Positions 49,452 through 59,689 of a stretch of 64,000 nt of DNA are shown in pieces. Every line of letters begins with the position of its first letter. Position 1 is the stretch's first letter. A program made the translations under genes and the position numbers. Source of the stretch: Spirochaetia bacterium (GTDB lineage Bacteria > Spirochaetota > Spirochaetia > SZUA-6 > Bin103); NCBI GenBank assembly GCA_965203055.1, contig OZ241863.1, positions 32,001-96,000 of the forward strand, read 5' to 3'. Under the pieces are notes generated by a model. It ran no database searches, had not been told where the DNA came from, and worked only from the letters and a program-made list of their open reading frames with translations.

Positions 49452-50561
49452 TCAGTCATTGCCGCGCCGGGAATAGCGGATGCGGGGATCGACTACCGCC
49501 AGCAGCACGTCGGCAGCGATCATACCCAACAGGATCAGGACGCTGATGAACATGATGTTGGCCAGCACCAGGTTGATGTCCTCCTCCCGCACCGCCTCGT
49601 ACATCAGCCGCCCGATGCCGGGATAGGCGAAGATGATCTCCATGATCAACGAGCCCGAAAACAGCCCCGCGAACAGATCGGCGCTGCTGGTGATATAGGG
49701 GTTGAGGGTGTTGCGGAAGGCGTGCACCACGTGCACGCGCCGCTCGTCGATGCCGCGCGCGCGCAGCGCGGTCACGTAGGGTTGGCCAAGCTGATCCAGC
49801 ATGGTGGCGCGGATGTAGCGCATGGTGGCGCCGACCCCGCCCAGGAACGCGCCGAGCAGCGGCAGCGCGACGTGGTGCAGGTAGCTGAAGGAGAAGCGCA
49901 GCGGCGCCTCCCGATACGGGAAGTCGGGATAGGCGGTGATCGGAAACCAGCCGCTGGCGGCGGCGAACAACTGCAGCAGGATCAGCAGCAGGATGCCGGG
50001 GAAGGCGTGCAGCAGCAGCGCAATGAAGGTCGCCTCCAGGTCTACCCGGGTACCCACCTTGGAGGAGAAGTAGAGGCCGGCGGCGAACGCCAACAGGGTC
50101 AGAAACAGCAGCGAGATCAGGTTCAGCACCAGCGAGTTGACCATCCGCGAGCGGATCAGGAACAGGATCGGCGCGCGAGAGATCAGCGACCGGCCCAGGT
50201 CGCGCTCCACCACCACCTGGTAGAGCCAACGCCCGTACTGGGCGTAGAACGGCAGGTCGAGGCCGAGGCGCGCCTTGGCCGCGGCGATCTGTTCTTCGCT
50301 GTAGACGTTGTCCGCCTGGCGGTCGCCGGAAATCAGCATCTGGCTCTTGACGTAGTTGTCGACCATGTCGCTCGGCGCCAGCTTCATCAGGCCGAACACC
50401 GCCAGCCCAAGCACCAGCAGCATGGCAACCAGCGACGCCAGCCGGGCCGCCAGAAAGTGCAGCAGCGGGAAGCGGCGGCCGCCCGCGCCGCGCCCTGCGC
50501 GCTCCGGCTCGTCGCGTCCCGGCGCGGCGGCGCCGTCACGTTGCCGCGCGGCCATCCTCAC
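49452..50561 (-). CDS. ABC permease (OppB-like)
   Basis: GLDLPFYAQY, YVTALRARG, HAFRN, YPGIG, VVDPRIR; exact start uncertain. Confidence 0.9.
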   Translation of the reverse strand: MRMAARQRDGAAAPGRDEPERAGRGAGGRRFPLLHFLAARLASLVAMLLVLGLAVFGLMKLAPSDMVDNYVKSQMLISGDRQADNVYSEEQIAAAKARLGLDLPFYAQYGRWLYQVVVERDLGRSLISRAPILFLIRSRMVNSLVLNLISLLFLTLLAFAAGLYFSSKVGTRVDLEATFIALLLHAFPGILLLILLQLFAAASGWFPITAYPDFPYREAPLRFSFSYLHHVALPLLGAFLGGVGATMRYIRATMLDQLGQPYVTALRARGIDERRVHVVHAFRNTLNPYITSSADLFAGLFSGSLIMEIIFAYPGIGRLMYEAVREEDINLVLANIMFISVLILLGMIAADVLLAVVDPRIRYSRRGND

Positions 50562-50586
50562 CGGCGCCGCGCCGCGGCGGCGCCGG
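50561..50586. other. Intercistronic stem-loop after the SBP gene
   Basis: ccggcgccgc-6 nt-gcggcgccgg perfect 10-bp stem; GC-rich, so it may be a chance match. Confidence 0.3.
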
Positions 50587-50588
50587 CG

Positions 50589-52478
50589 TCACTCGGCGGC
50601 GCGCAGGTAGAGGTAGTCGGAGTCGAGTCCGCCAAGGGTGTCATAGAACACGTTGCCCCACTTGTCGCGCACCGCCAGGAACGCCAGCGGGTGGACCAGG
50701 TAGGTCAATGGCGCCTGGTCGAGGAGCAGGCGCTGGTACTCGTCGTAGATCGCCTTCGCGCGCTCCCGGTCGATGGTGAAGCGCCCCTCATTGTAGAGAT
50801 GGTCGACGCGCGCCTCCCACTCGGTGGCCGGTTCTTCCTGTAGCGGATGCCACAGGTGGAAGTTGCCCTTCGACTGCCACACGTTGCTGCCCCCCTCCGG
50901 CCAGTAGTTGGCGCCCAGGGAGGCGGTCGCCACGTGCCAGTCGTAGGTGCTGGTCAGCATTTCCACCAGCTTCTGGAAATCTATCGGGCGCACGTTGCCG
51001 GTGATACCGGCCGCCTTCAGCTCATCGGCGAAGATGGTCATCACGTCGATGCCGACGTTGTTCTCGGCGCCGACGTGGATGTTGAACTCGACGTGGTTGC
51101 CGGCGGCGTCCTCCATCAGACCCTCCGCGTTGGGGCGGATGCCGATCTCCGCCAGCAGCGCGCGCGCCCGCTCCGGGTCATAGGAGAACTCCTGCCGAAT
51201 CGACTCGTCGAAGTAGGGATTGGCGCGGGCGAAGAAGTGCAGCGCCGGCTCGGCCAGGCCGCGGTACACCTGGCTGGCGATGCGGTCGCGGTCCAGCAGC
51301 GAGCTCATCGCCTGGCGGAACCTGGTCTGGCTGAACCAGCTATGGACCAGCTCGTCCATGGTGTCGGGGTTCTGGTTGAAGGCGACGAAGGCGGCCCCCA
51401 GGGAGGCGCCGCCCTGGTATACCGTGAAGTCGGGATCCTCGACGTTCAGCAGATCATCCAGGTCTTCGGGCCGCAGCGAGTAGGCGTCCTTGTTGCCCTC
51501 CTTGAACTTCAGCAGCTCGGTGTTCCGGTCGGGCACGATCTGGTAGATGACGCGCTCCAGGTAGGGCAGCGTGACGCCGGCGGCGTCCTTCTTCCAGTAG
51601 TCGGGGTTGCGTACCACGACCACGCGCACGCCCGGCTCGTACTCGGCGATGTGGTAGGGGCCGACGGAGGGGATGGTCGCCGGGTCGGTGTCGATGCTGA
51701 ACAGGTTGAGCACCGCTTCGGCGCCGCCCTCCCGCTTGGCCGGCTCGTAGAGGTGGCGCGGGCCGAAGTCCATGTTGGTGGAGAGGATCGGATTGGCGAC
51801 GATGCGCGGGAAGTGGAACGCCACCGTGCGCTCGTCGATCCTGGTCGCCTCGACGCGCGCCTCCGAGCCGTCCGGCAGCTCGATGAACTGGCCGGCGTAG
51901 CCCGGCTGCTGCAGCTCCTGGTCGCCCTCGATCTCCTCGTACCAGAAGATGACGTCGTCCGCGGTCACCGGGACGCGGGCGGCGGGATCGGCAAGGGTGG
52001 TCCAGTAGAGGTCATCGCGCAGGGTGTAGATCACCGTCAGGGAGTCGGCCTCCTCGTCGACCTCCACCTCGAAGCTGGCCAGATTGGGAACGAACTCGCG
52101 CCGGTAGGGATCGTAGTCGGCCAGATAGTCGAACAACACGTCCACCACGGCGCGGGTGTCTGCGTCGCGCGCGGTCATGGTGTTGAAGGTCTTGGGGTCA
52201 TTGTTGATCGAGCTGAGCCAGGTACCGCCAACGGCGCCGAGCTCCCACTCCTGACCGCCGGGGCGGGACACGGTCTTGGCGAGGATCTCGGCGCGCGCCT
52301 GCTCGCGCTGCGACGTCGCCTCGCCTTCCGACAGCTCCTCGTCCGCGACTCCCGCGGCGGCGGCGACGGCCGGCAGCAGGGCGCCGGCGGCGGCGGCGAA
52401 CAGCGCCGCCCGGCAGGTCCGCAAGAAGGTCGCGGCGCGCCGGCCCTGGCGGCGGCAGCGTGGAAGAAGCATCATCAT
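50589..52478 (-). CDS. ABC transporter family-5 substrate-binding protein
   Basis: Signal peptide, NNDPKTFN, VTADDV, VGPY, NPDYW, PYLE, FNQNP. Confidence 0.92.
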   Translation of the reverse strand: MMMLLPRCRRQGRRAATFLRTCRAALFAAAAGALLPAVAAAAGVADEELSEGEATSQREQARAEILAKTVSRPGGQEWELGAVGGTWLSSINNDPKTFNTMTARDADTRAVVDVLFDYLADYDPYRREFVPNLASFEVEVDEEADSLTVIYTLRDDLYWTTLADPAARVPVTADDVIFWYEEIEGDQELQQPGYAGQFIELPDGSEARVEATRIDERTVAFHFPRIVANPILSTNMDFGPRHLYEPAKREGGAEAVLNLFSIDTDPATIPSVGPYHIAEYEPGVRVVVVRNPDYWKKDAAGVTLPYLERVIYQIVPDRNTELLKFKEGNKDAYSLRPEDLDDLLNVEDPDFTVYQGGASLGAAFVAFNQNPDTMDELVHSWFSQTRFRQAMSSLLDRDRIASQVYRGLAEPALHFFARANPYFDESIRQEFSYDPERARALLAEIGIRPNAEGLMEDAAGNHVEFNIHVGAENNVGIDVMTIFADELKAAGITGNVRPIDFQKLVEMLTSTYDWHVATASLGANYWPEGGSNVWQSKGNFHLWHPLQEEPATEWEARVDHLYNEGRFTIDRERAKAIYDEYQRLLLDQAPLTYLVHPLAFLAVRDKWGNVFYDTLGGLDSDYLYLRAAE

Positions 52479-52509
52479 GCCCACAGTGTACCGCAGATGG
52501 CGCTCGTAT

Positions 52510-53646
52510 TTACCTCCGCGGTACGCCCAGGCGGGCGTAGCCCAACTGGTCCAGGATGCGGTACACGCTGGCGGCGATCAGATCCACCTGCAGGTCGCGG
52601 AGCTGATCGAGCAGCGGGCCGAAGAACACGTTGGCGTCGGCGCGCCCGGCGGCGTCGGGGTAGCGCGGCTCGCCGGCTTCGGTGAAGCCGATGGGGTAGC
52701 CGCGTTGCGGGTCGCGGGCGGCGTGCAGCGCCGCGGCTTCCTGCAGCAGCCGCCGGCCGATCTCCTGCGGGATGTAGCTGAAGGCGTTCATCGCCACCAC
52801 GCCCAGCTCGCCCAGGCGCCGCTGCTCGGCCGGCGCCAGCTTGCGCACCGAGCTGAAGCCGTGCACCACCAGGCGCTGCCCCACGCCGCGCGCGGCCAGC
52901 TCCTCCAGCACCGGCCACTGCACGCCCACCTGGCGGTTGGTGACCGACTCGGTGCCGATGTTGGGCACCACCAGCTCGAAGCCGGTGCGCGCCAGGTACT
53001 CCTCGATCTGGCCGGGATCGGAGCTGGAGCTGGCGCCGGCGGCCAGCCCCTGGCCGCCGGCGGCCACCTCCTCCAGACAGCCTTCCATCACCTTCTTGCG
53101 GCCCGAGGCTTCGACGAAGCGGCGATACTCGATGGAGTTGGCGACGTTGGCGGCGAACGGCGAGTGGGTATCGTCGAACATCACGCTGGAGAACAGGTCG
53201 AGGAACTCCGGGTCGCGCAGCAACTCGTTCTGCGAGCGCACCCCGCCGGGCAGCGTGTGATGGCCGTGATCGTAGTGGTGGATCACGTGGACGGCGCCGT
53301 AATCGGAGTCGCCGGCGCGGGTGAGGGTGGCCAGGAAGCCGGTTGCCAGCCGCGCGTTGCGGTGCAGACGGCGGCGGTAGGCCGCCGGGTCGCCGCCGGC
53401 CGCCGGCAGCGCGTGGCCGGCATGCAGGTAGCGCGGCAGCATCTGCAGGACGTAATGGCCGACGGTGCTGAAGATGCCCAGCGGCAGCTCGGCGACGGCA
53501 TGGTCGCGGGCGAAGCGCGCGGCCCCTTCCACGATGCCGAGCAGGTGGTGCTGGTCGCTGTAGCCGATCCGCGCCATGGTGAGCCGCGCCTCGCCGCAAC
53601 GCCGGTAGAGGGCGGCGGTCGGCTCATAGTCGAGGATCAGCGGCAT
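52510..53646 (-). CDS. Divergent class II aldolase-like (FBA/TBA fold) protein
   Basis: HHYDHG, FSSVMFDD, MEGCLEE, VPNIGT, LVVHGFS correspond in order to HLDHG, FTSVMID, VEAELG, AIGTxHG, LVLHGGS. Confidence 0.6.
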   Translation of the reverse strand: MPLILDYEPTAALYRRCGEARLTMARIGYSDQHHLLGIVEGAARFARDHAVAELPLGIFSTVGHYVLQMLPRYLHAGHALPAAGGDPAAYRRRLHRNARLATGFLATLTRAGDSDYGAVHVIHHYDHGHHTLPGGVRSQNELLRDPEFLDLFSSVMFDDTHSPFAANVANSIEYRRFVEASGRKKVMEGCLEEVAAGGQGLAAGASSSSDPGQIEEYLARTGFELVVPNIGTESVTNRQVGVQWPVLEELAARGVGQRLVVHGFSSVRKLAPAEQRRLGELGVVAMNAFSYIPQEIGRRLLQEAAALHAARDPQRGYPIGFTEAGEPRYPDAAGRADANVFFGPLLDQLRDLQVDLIAASVYRILDQLGYARLGVPRR

Positions 53647-53652
53647 GGCGGG

Positions 53653-54189
53653 TCAGGCCGCCGCGGGCAGCAGCTTGCGCAGGTAGCCGGCCTGGCCGGC
53701 GTGCCACGCGACGTCGAGCAGGAAGTGGTCGAGAAACCACCACCCGGAACACTCCCGGTCGGACCAATTGAAATAGCGCTGCGCCGACCACTCGGCGTAG
53801 TGGTCGGTGAGGAACCGGCGCAGCGTCTGCCAGGCGCGGTCCAGGTAGGCGGCGTGGTCGGCGCCGGTCGGACCGGGCCCGGCCGCGTCACGGTCGAAGT
53901 CGAAGCTGAGCACGCCCCAGCGCGCGGGGCGGCCGGCGGCGGTGCGAAACCCCGCCGCCGGCACCGGGAACCCGGACTGGTTCAGGTTGGCCGGGACGCG
54001 CGCCCCGGAGAGCTGGCCGTAGCAGAACCAGAACTCATCGGCGCAGTGGCGCACCAGCCAGCCGATGCCGTTGCTGATGCCCGGAGGGGTCCACTGCAGT
54101 TGCGCGGCGTCCAGATCGGCCGCAAACCTGTTCAGCCGCTTCCGGTACGACTCCGCTTCCTGCAGGTACCGGGTGACACGCTCATCCAT
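53653..54189 (-). CDS. DinB/YfiT-like protein
   Basis: QLQWTP...NGIGWLVRH ... H..DVAWHAGQ..YLRK four-helix pattern. Confidence 0.7.
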   Translation of the reverse strand: MDERVTRYLQEAESYRKRLNRFAADLDAAQLQWTPPGISNGIGWLVRHCADEFWFCYGQLSGARVPANLNQSGFPVPAAGFRTAAGRPARWGVLSFDFDRDAAGPGPTGADHAAYLDRAWQTLRRFLTDHYAEWSAQRYFNWSDRECSGWWFLDHFLLDVAWHAGQAGYLRKLLPAAA

Positions 54190-54350
54190 GGCGCCACAGT
54201 AGCGCGCCCCGGCGGCCGGCGTCACCCCGTAGCGCGGCGCCGTGCGCCGCCGGCCGCCCGCCTCCCGCCGCCGGCGGCATAACCTTGCTTTGTTGCGTCC
54301 GTGACCGCGGCGCCGGCCTGTGGCATGCTGGGCGGCGAAACAGGCAAACC

Positions 54351-55289
54351 ATGCAACGCTTTCTGATCACCGGCGCCGGCGGCAACCTGGCGCGCCACCT
54401 CGTGGCCGAGCTGCGCGCCCTGGGCAAGGAAACGCTCGGCATCGACCTGACGCCGCCGCCGCCGGCGCAGCGCGCGGGCGCGTGGCGGCAGGCCGACGTC
54501 ACCGACCGCTCCGGCATGGCGCGGCTGCTGGCGGAGTTTCGCCCGCAGTGCATCCTGCACATGGCATCGCTGCTGTCGATCTCCTCGGCGGCCGATCCGC
54601 GGCGCGCCTGGCAGGTCAACGCCGGTGCCGCCGTCGAACTGCTGGAGCTCGCCGCGGAGCACGGGGTGCAGCGCTTCTTCTTTCCCAGCACCTCGGCAAC
54701 CTACGGCGGGCGGCTGCCCGACCCGCTGCCGGAGGACCACCCCCAGTGGCCGGACAACATCTACGGCGCCACCAAGGTGGCGGTGGAGCGCGTCGGCGCC
54801 TGCTTCGCCCTGAGCCGCGGCCTGGACTTCCGCTCGGTGCGCCTGCCGATCGTGGTATCGCCGTACGCGCCGCCGGCCGCGGTGAGCGCCTACGCCTCCC
54901 ACCTCTTCACCGCCGCGGCGCGCGGCGAATCGTTCACCGTTCCGGTGGCGCCCGAGGTGGCGGTGGCGGCGATCTACGTCCGCGACGTGACCCGCGGCAT
55001 TCTGCGCCTTGTGGCCGCGGCCGAGGAACGGCTGACGCGGCGCGTCTACAACCTGCACGGGTTTGCCGCCAGCGCCGGGGCCTTGGCGCAGGCCGCGGCG
55101 CGCCGGGCGCCGGGGTTCGCGTATCGCTTCGCGCCGGAGGAACTGGCCACCCGCATCCTCGGCGGGCAGCCATCCGTCTACGTTGACGCCAGCGCCCGCC
55201 GCGACTGGGGCTGGGAACCGCAGTTCGACCTCGCCGCCACCGCCGACGACATGCTCGCCTCCCTCAGCGCCGGCGGCAACGAACTCTGA
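54351..55289 (+). CDS. Extended SDR / NAD-dependent epimerase (L-threonine dehydrogenase-like)
   Basis: LITGAGGNL, HMASLLS, AWQVN, FPST, YGATK, ARRDWGWEP. Confidence 0.85.
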   Translation: MQRFLITGAGGNLARHLVAELRALGKETLGIDLTPPPPAQRAGAWRQADVTDRSGMARLLAEFRPQCILHMASLLSISSAADPRRAWQVNAGAAVELLELAAEHGVQRFFFPSTSATYGGRLPDPLPEDHPQWPDNIYGATKVAVERVGACFALSRGLDFRSVRLPIVVSPYAPPAAVSAYASHLFTAAARGESFTVPVAPEVAVAAIYVRDVTRGILRLVAAAEERLTRRVYNLHGFAASAGALAQAAARRAPGFAYRFAPEELATRILGGQPSVYVDASARRDWGWEPQFDLAATADDMLASLSAGGNEL

Positions 55290-55295
55290 CCTTCT

Positions 55296-56294
55296 TCAAC
55301 TTGACTCGCTGCCCGGCGCTGCCGGCGCTTCGCGCAGCCCCGGCACGCCTGCCGCGGTCGCGGCGCGCCGCACCGCGTTCCGTATCGCGCCGCCGACGCA
55401 CTCCACCGCCAGCCCCGCCACCAGCTCGAACGGCGCCGCGCGGACCCCGGCCGCCAGCGCGTAGGCGGTGTCTCCGTCGTGCGTGGTGTGCGCCGGCAGC
55501 ACCGCGCGGGCAATGCCGTCATGGGCGCGCTGCGCCAGGCGCCCCGCCTCGGGCTTGCTCATGACGGCGTCGGTGAGCACCGCTGCCAGCGTAGTGTTGG
55601 TGCCGGAGCCGGCGAACTGCGCCGCGCCCGGCAGCCAGCGCTCCGGGACGCGGCGCGCCAGCCAGCCGCCGGCCGCAGCGCGCGCGCCGGCCAGCACCTC
55701 GCCGTGCTCATCCAGCACGTCGCCGACCGCGTTCACCACCGCCAGCGCCGCCACCACGGTGCCGCCGGCGCAGCGCTCGGCGTAGCCGACGCCGCCCTTC
55801 ATCTTCGCCTCAGGCCCGCCCCACTTGCCGACGCTGGCGCCCGCGCCCGCTCCGGCGTTGCCCTGAGCGGCCGCGGGGAGCGGCAGCGGCCGCGCCGCCA
55901 GGCAGGCGGCGTAGCCCAGCTCCGCGTCCGGGTACGCGCGGCCCGCGCTCAGCGACAGATCGTAGATCACGCTGGCGGCTACCAATGGAATCGGCTTGAC
56001 CGGCGTGGGATAACCGGCCCCGCGCTCCGCCAGGTAGCGCATCACGCCATCGGCGGCGGCCAGTCCGAAGGCGCTGCCGCCGGTAAGCAGCAGGGCGTCC
56101 AGCCGCGCGATCGGCTTGTCCGCGGCGAGCAGCGCGGTTTCGCGCGAGCCGGGCGCCGGACCGCGCGCGTCCACCCCGGCAACGGTCCCTTCGGGACAGA
56201 GGATCACGGTGCAGCCGGTAAGGTGCCGGGAATGTACGGCGTGGCCGACCCGGAAGCCGGCGCGCGCCCTCTCCGTTGACCTTGAGTCTGTCAC
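55296..56294 (-). CDS. P1/S58 (DmpA-like) peptidase
   Basis: RVGH, TGCTVIL, PGSRET, TGGSAFGLAAA, KGGVG, VNAVGD, NTTL, HDG..R, DGDT. Confidence 0.9.
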   Translation of the reverse strand: MTDSRSTERARAGFRVGHAVHSRHLTGCTVILCPEGTVAGVDARGPAPGSRETALLAADKPIARLDALLLTGGSAFGLAAADGVMRYLAERGAGYPTPVKPIPLVAASVIYDLSLSAGRAYPDAELGYAACLAARPLPLPAAAQGNAGAGAGASVGKWGGPEAKMKGGVGYAERCAGGTVVAALAVVNAVGDVLDEHGEVLAGARAAAGGWLARRVPERWLPGAAQFAGSGTNTTLAAVLTDAVMSKPEAGRLAQRAHDGIARAVLPAHTTHDGDTAYALAAGVRAAPFELVAGLAVECVGGAIRNAVRRAATAAGVPGLREAPAAPGSESS

Positions 56295-56312
56295 GCCGTC
56301 AACCGCCGCGGA

Positions 56313-58061
56313 CTACTCCACGGCGTCGCAGAACACCAGTTCCCAGCCGTGGAACACCAAGGTCAGGCCGGTGAAGCGCACGCCGGGATACTGCCGCGCC
56401 AGCCGCTGGTCCGCCAGATAGCGCCGGAGCTGCGCCGCTGCCTCCGCGGCCGCCGCCGCCACGCCGGCCGCGGCCGCCGACTCGCCGCGCTTGAGGTACT
56501 TGAGCTCGATCAGGTAGCCGTAGCGGAGGTGCGGAAAGGCGGCTACCAGCGGCTCCAGCGCGATGTCCGCGTGCCCCTTGCCCAGCTCCGCCTCCGAGCG
56601 GAACTCGTAGAAGTCGGTCACGCTCAGGTAGGCTGCCAGAAATCCCTGGATCACCTTCTCCCCGGCGATGTAGTCCCGAATCCCCGTCTGCCGCGCAATC
56701 GCCTCGCTCAGAAACTCGAACACCGGCCGCCACTCTCCCTCGTTCGCCATCCGCATCAACAACTGCTCGAAGCGAAACAGGTTCACTGAAAAGACCTTCA
56801 CGTCGCGGTAGCCGTCGCGCAGGAAGCCGTACATCAGCCGCTTTACGGTCTGGTTGGGGATCGCCAGCCGAGGCAGGCCGCCAGGCGCACCGCGGATGCT
56901 CAACAAGCCGAAGAAGTGCAGCAGCGAGAGGAAGTTTTCCGGTTCGGCAAGCCGTTCCAGCGGGAAGCCGGGCTGGATGCGGGCGGCTGCCTGCTCCTCG
57001 CCAATGACGTCCCGCAGCAGATCGAAGTTGCCGTTCAACTGCCGGCCGACCACCAGCAGGTGGCGCAGCTTGCCGTAGTCGATGCGCACGTTGGTGTCGA
57101 TCAGGTACTTGGGTACCCGGCGGTTGGGGATGGAGTACTTGAGATAATAGAGCACCATGTCGGAGTTGTAGAGGTCGGTCGATGCCTCTTCGGAGAAGCG
57201 GTAGCCATTGTACCACTCGCCCATGATGCCCAGCGCGGTGTCGGCGTCCTGGTTGAAGACGCCCAGGTCGCGGTACGTCTCGACCAGGCGCCGCACCTCC
57301 GCCGCGGTGAAGCCGACCATCTCGTTGAAGTCCGGTTCCAGGCTGATGTTGGCGCCGATGTTGAAGCCGCTGGTGACGTCGTCCATGGTGACCGGCGACA
57401 CGCCGGTGATGAACAGGCGCTCCAGGCCTCCCCCGATGCGGTCGGCGCCGCCCTTGAGGGCGGCGAAGAAGTTGCGGTAGAAGCCGCCGCCGTGGGTGAA
57501 GGAATGGTACGCCTCGGCGCCGTGCCAGGCCAGCACGGTGTTGGCGAAGTTGTCGTACTCGTCGATCAGCACGTACAGCGGGATGTCGTGGTCGCCCGCG
57601 TACCGGAACAGCGCGGAAAGCCTGGTGGCGATGGACGGCCGGGCGAGGATGTCGCGTACCGCCTCTGCGGGAAACAGGTCAGGGTGCCTCCGCAGCGTCC
57701 CCTGGAGTTCGACGTCGCAGTAACTTTCGAACTCCCGCTCCAAGGTTTCGAGCTTGTCGTTGACCATAGAGAAGTTGAAGCGCAGGGTGACGTAGCGGCT
57801 GCGTTCCTCGGTCGGGCTGCGCCCGATGTCGGTGCCGGCGTACGTGGCGTCGAAGCGGTCGGCCCAGAAGCGGTCGTAGTAGCTCTCCAGCAGCGCCACC
57901 CACAGTGACTTGCCGAAGCGCCGCGGGCGAATCAGGAAGGCGTAGCGCTCCTGTTCCAGGCGGCGCAGGAAGCGGGTCTTGTCGACGTACAGCCACCGGT
58001 TCAGGCGGATGCGGCTGAATGACGCCTCACCGTAGGGAATGCGCGGATAAGCAGGTACCAT
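56313..58061 (-). CDS. AAA-ATPase-like + PD-(D/E)xK nuclease (distant paralog of the 19-22 kb pair)
   Basis: IPYG, YVDKT, RPRRFGKS, LIDEYDN, FITGVSP, YNGYRF, IPN, GHADI...LIELKY. Confidence 0.9.
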   Translation of the reverse strand: MVPAYPRIPYGEASFSRIRLNRWLYVDKTRFLRRLEQERYAFLIRPRRFGKSLWVALLESYYDRFWADRFDATYAGTDIGRSPTEERSRYVTLRFNFSMVNDKLETLEREFESYCDVELQGTLRRHPDLFPAEAVRDILARPSIATRLSALFRYAGDHDIPLYVLIDEYDNFANTVLAWHGAEAYHSFTHGGGFYRNFFAALKGGADRIGGGLERLFITGVSPVTMDDVTSGFNIGANISLEPDFNEMVGFTAAEVRRLVETYRDLGVFNQDADTALGIMGEWYNGYRFSEEASTDLYNSDMVLYYLKYSIPNRRVPKYLIDTNVRIDYGKLRHLLVVGRQLNGNFDLLRDVIGEEQAAARIQPGFPLERLAEPENFLSLLHFFGLLSIRGAPGGLPRLAIPNQTVKRLMYGFLRDGYRDVKVFSVNLFRFEQLLMRMANEGEWRPVFEFLSEAIARQTGIRDYIAGEKVIQGFLAAYLSVTDFYEFRSEAELGKGHADIALEPLVAAFPHLRYGYLIELKYLKRGESAAAAGVAAAAAEAAAQLRRYLADQRLARQYPGVRFTGLTLVFHGWELVFCDAVE

Positions 58062-58069
58062 GACTGCGG

Positions 58070-59689
58070 TCAGACCGACGGGGCGACGATCCGGGCGATG
58101 GCGGCGCGCATCCAGCCGGTAGCGGCCAGATCGGCCGGCCGCAGATCGAAGCCGGTCAAGTAGCTGGGCCGATGGGACTTCATGCTCAGAAACTGGTAGA
58201 ACCGCTCGAAGTCATCGGCAGCGGTCGCCACCGTAATCTCCTCGATAGCCCGCGCCTTTAGCTCTTTGGAGAACGTCTTGATGATCTCGTAGCTGTTGCG
58301 ATTCTTCTCCAGGCTGACCAGCAGGCGGTCCCGCACCGTGCGCATGGTCATGGCGATCGCGCTCAGATAGCGCGACCGGTCGAAACCGGCCGGAGCGAGC
58401 TCCGCTACGTTGTCAGGATGATAGAGATAGTTCTCGATACAATAGTGGCGCAGCACCAGCAAACGCGGACGGTTGCGGCGTATCTCGTCGAGCTCCTCGG
58501 TGCCCAGAAAGTCACGGTCGATCAGGCCGTGAAACCCGTCCGTTCCTGCCGTCTGGATAGAGATCGAATTCTTGTCCTGTGCGGAAATGAACAATGTGTC
58601 CTGCAGGCCGATCGCATTGTAGAGCAAGGCGTCCTTATTCTCGCACAGGATCAGACGCTTGTTTGGAAACACCTTGAGCGCCGAGCTGCGCGGTACGGCG
58701 ATATCGAATACGCGCTCGGTCTTCGGGGCAGGCCGCAGCACCTGCGGCCGATCGAAGTCCAAATCGTCGAAGTCGACGATCGCGGTGTCGCTGCTGGAGC
58801 TTCCGTAGTCGATGAACCCGAGCGAGTGGCTGGCCGTCCACAGTTGCGAGTGTTCGGGAATCCAGCGCTCCACGATCTCCTGCAGCAGAGCGTACTGCAG
58901 CCGGGTATGCAGGTGCACGTCCAGCTCGTCGATGAAGTAGATGGCATTGGCGAAGTGCTCGCGTCGCACGAACAGGTTGAGCAGGATATTGAAGACCTCC
59001 TTCTCGCCGCTGCTGAGCAGGTCGTAGTGGACCTCGGAATGCCCTTTGCTGAATCGAATGTCCGGCGGCTTTCGATCCAGCGCCGGAATCATACCGGTCA
59101 GGCGCAGAGTGGTGGCGTCACCATTGCCGAATACCCTGGCCATCGCGTCGTTGATCGGCTCGAGGAAGCGCGCCTTCATCTGCTCGGAGTCGAATCGCTC
59201 TCCCCACACCTCGCGCAGGATGCGCGCGGTGACGTGCGAGATGTCGGCCTCGAAGCGAGTGTCCCACTCTATCGACCGCTGCGGGCGGTCGTCGTCCGCC
59301 GGCAGGTCGACGGTGCGGCCATTTCGGTGCCGGAGCTCCGGGACCGTTCGGAGCGAACTTCTGCCGTAGAACGCGTCCTTGAGATTCAGGTTGGGAGGTG
59401 TAGGGGCGACCGATCCGTTCGTCCTGCGGAGGGATGCTCCACCACCGAACGAGCAGGAGACCGCTACCTCCTCGTCCCAGTCCTTCTTGAAGTAGCTCAA
59501 GTAATCGTTACGACCGACTCCCTTGGAGGGACCGGAAAGAAACTCGAACGCATCGAATACGGATGACTTTCCGCTCCCGTTCGCGCCGATCAGCAGCACC
59601 AGCTTTGGCGCCGAGGCGCACGCTGACAGATCAATCTCAAGATCGGTAAACCGCTTGAAGTTCGTGAGATGGAGGTTGCTGATGTTCAT
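58070..59689 (-). CDS. ABC-type ATPase fused to a TOPRIM/DUF4435-like domain
   Basis: NFKRF, GANGSGKSS, LSSGEK, FIDELDVHLH, ASHS; C-terminal LCENKD, LIDRDF, YCIENYLYHP. Confidence 0.8.
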   Translation of the reverse strand: MNISNLHLTNFKRFTDLEIDLSACASAPKLVLLIGANGSGKSSVFDAFEFLSGPSKGVGRNDYLSYFKKDWDEEVAVSCSFGGGASLRRTNGSVAPTPPNLNLKDAFYGRSSLRTVPELRHRNGRTVDLPADDDRPQRSIEWDTRFEADISHVTARILREVWGERFDSEQMKARFLEPINDAMARVFGNGDATTLRLTGMIPALDRKPPDIRFSKGHSEVHYDLLSSGEKEVFNILLNLFVRREHFANAIYFIDELDVHLHTRLQYALLQEIVERWIPEHSQLWTASHSLGFIDYGSSSSDTAIVDFDDLDFDRPQVLRPAPKTERVFDIAVPRSSALKVFPNKRLILCENKDALLYNAIGLQDTLFISAQDKNSISIQTAGTDGFHGLIDRDFLGTEELDEIRRNRPRLLVLRHYCIENYLYHPDNVAELAPAGFDRSRYLSAIAMTMRTVRDRLLVSLEKNRNSYEIIKTFSKELKARAIEEITVATAADDFERFYQFLSMKSHRPSYLTGFDLRPADLAATGWMRAAIARIVAPSV

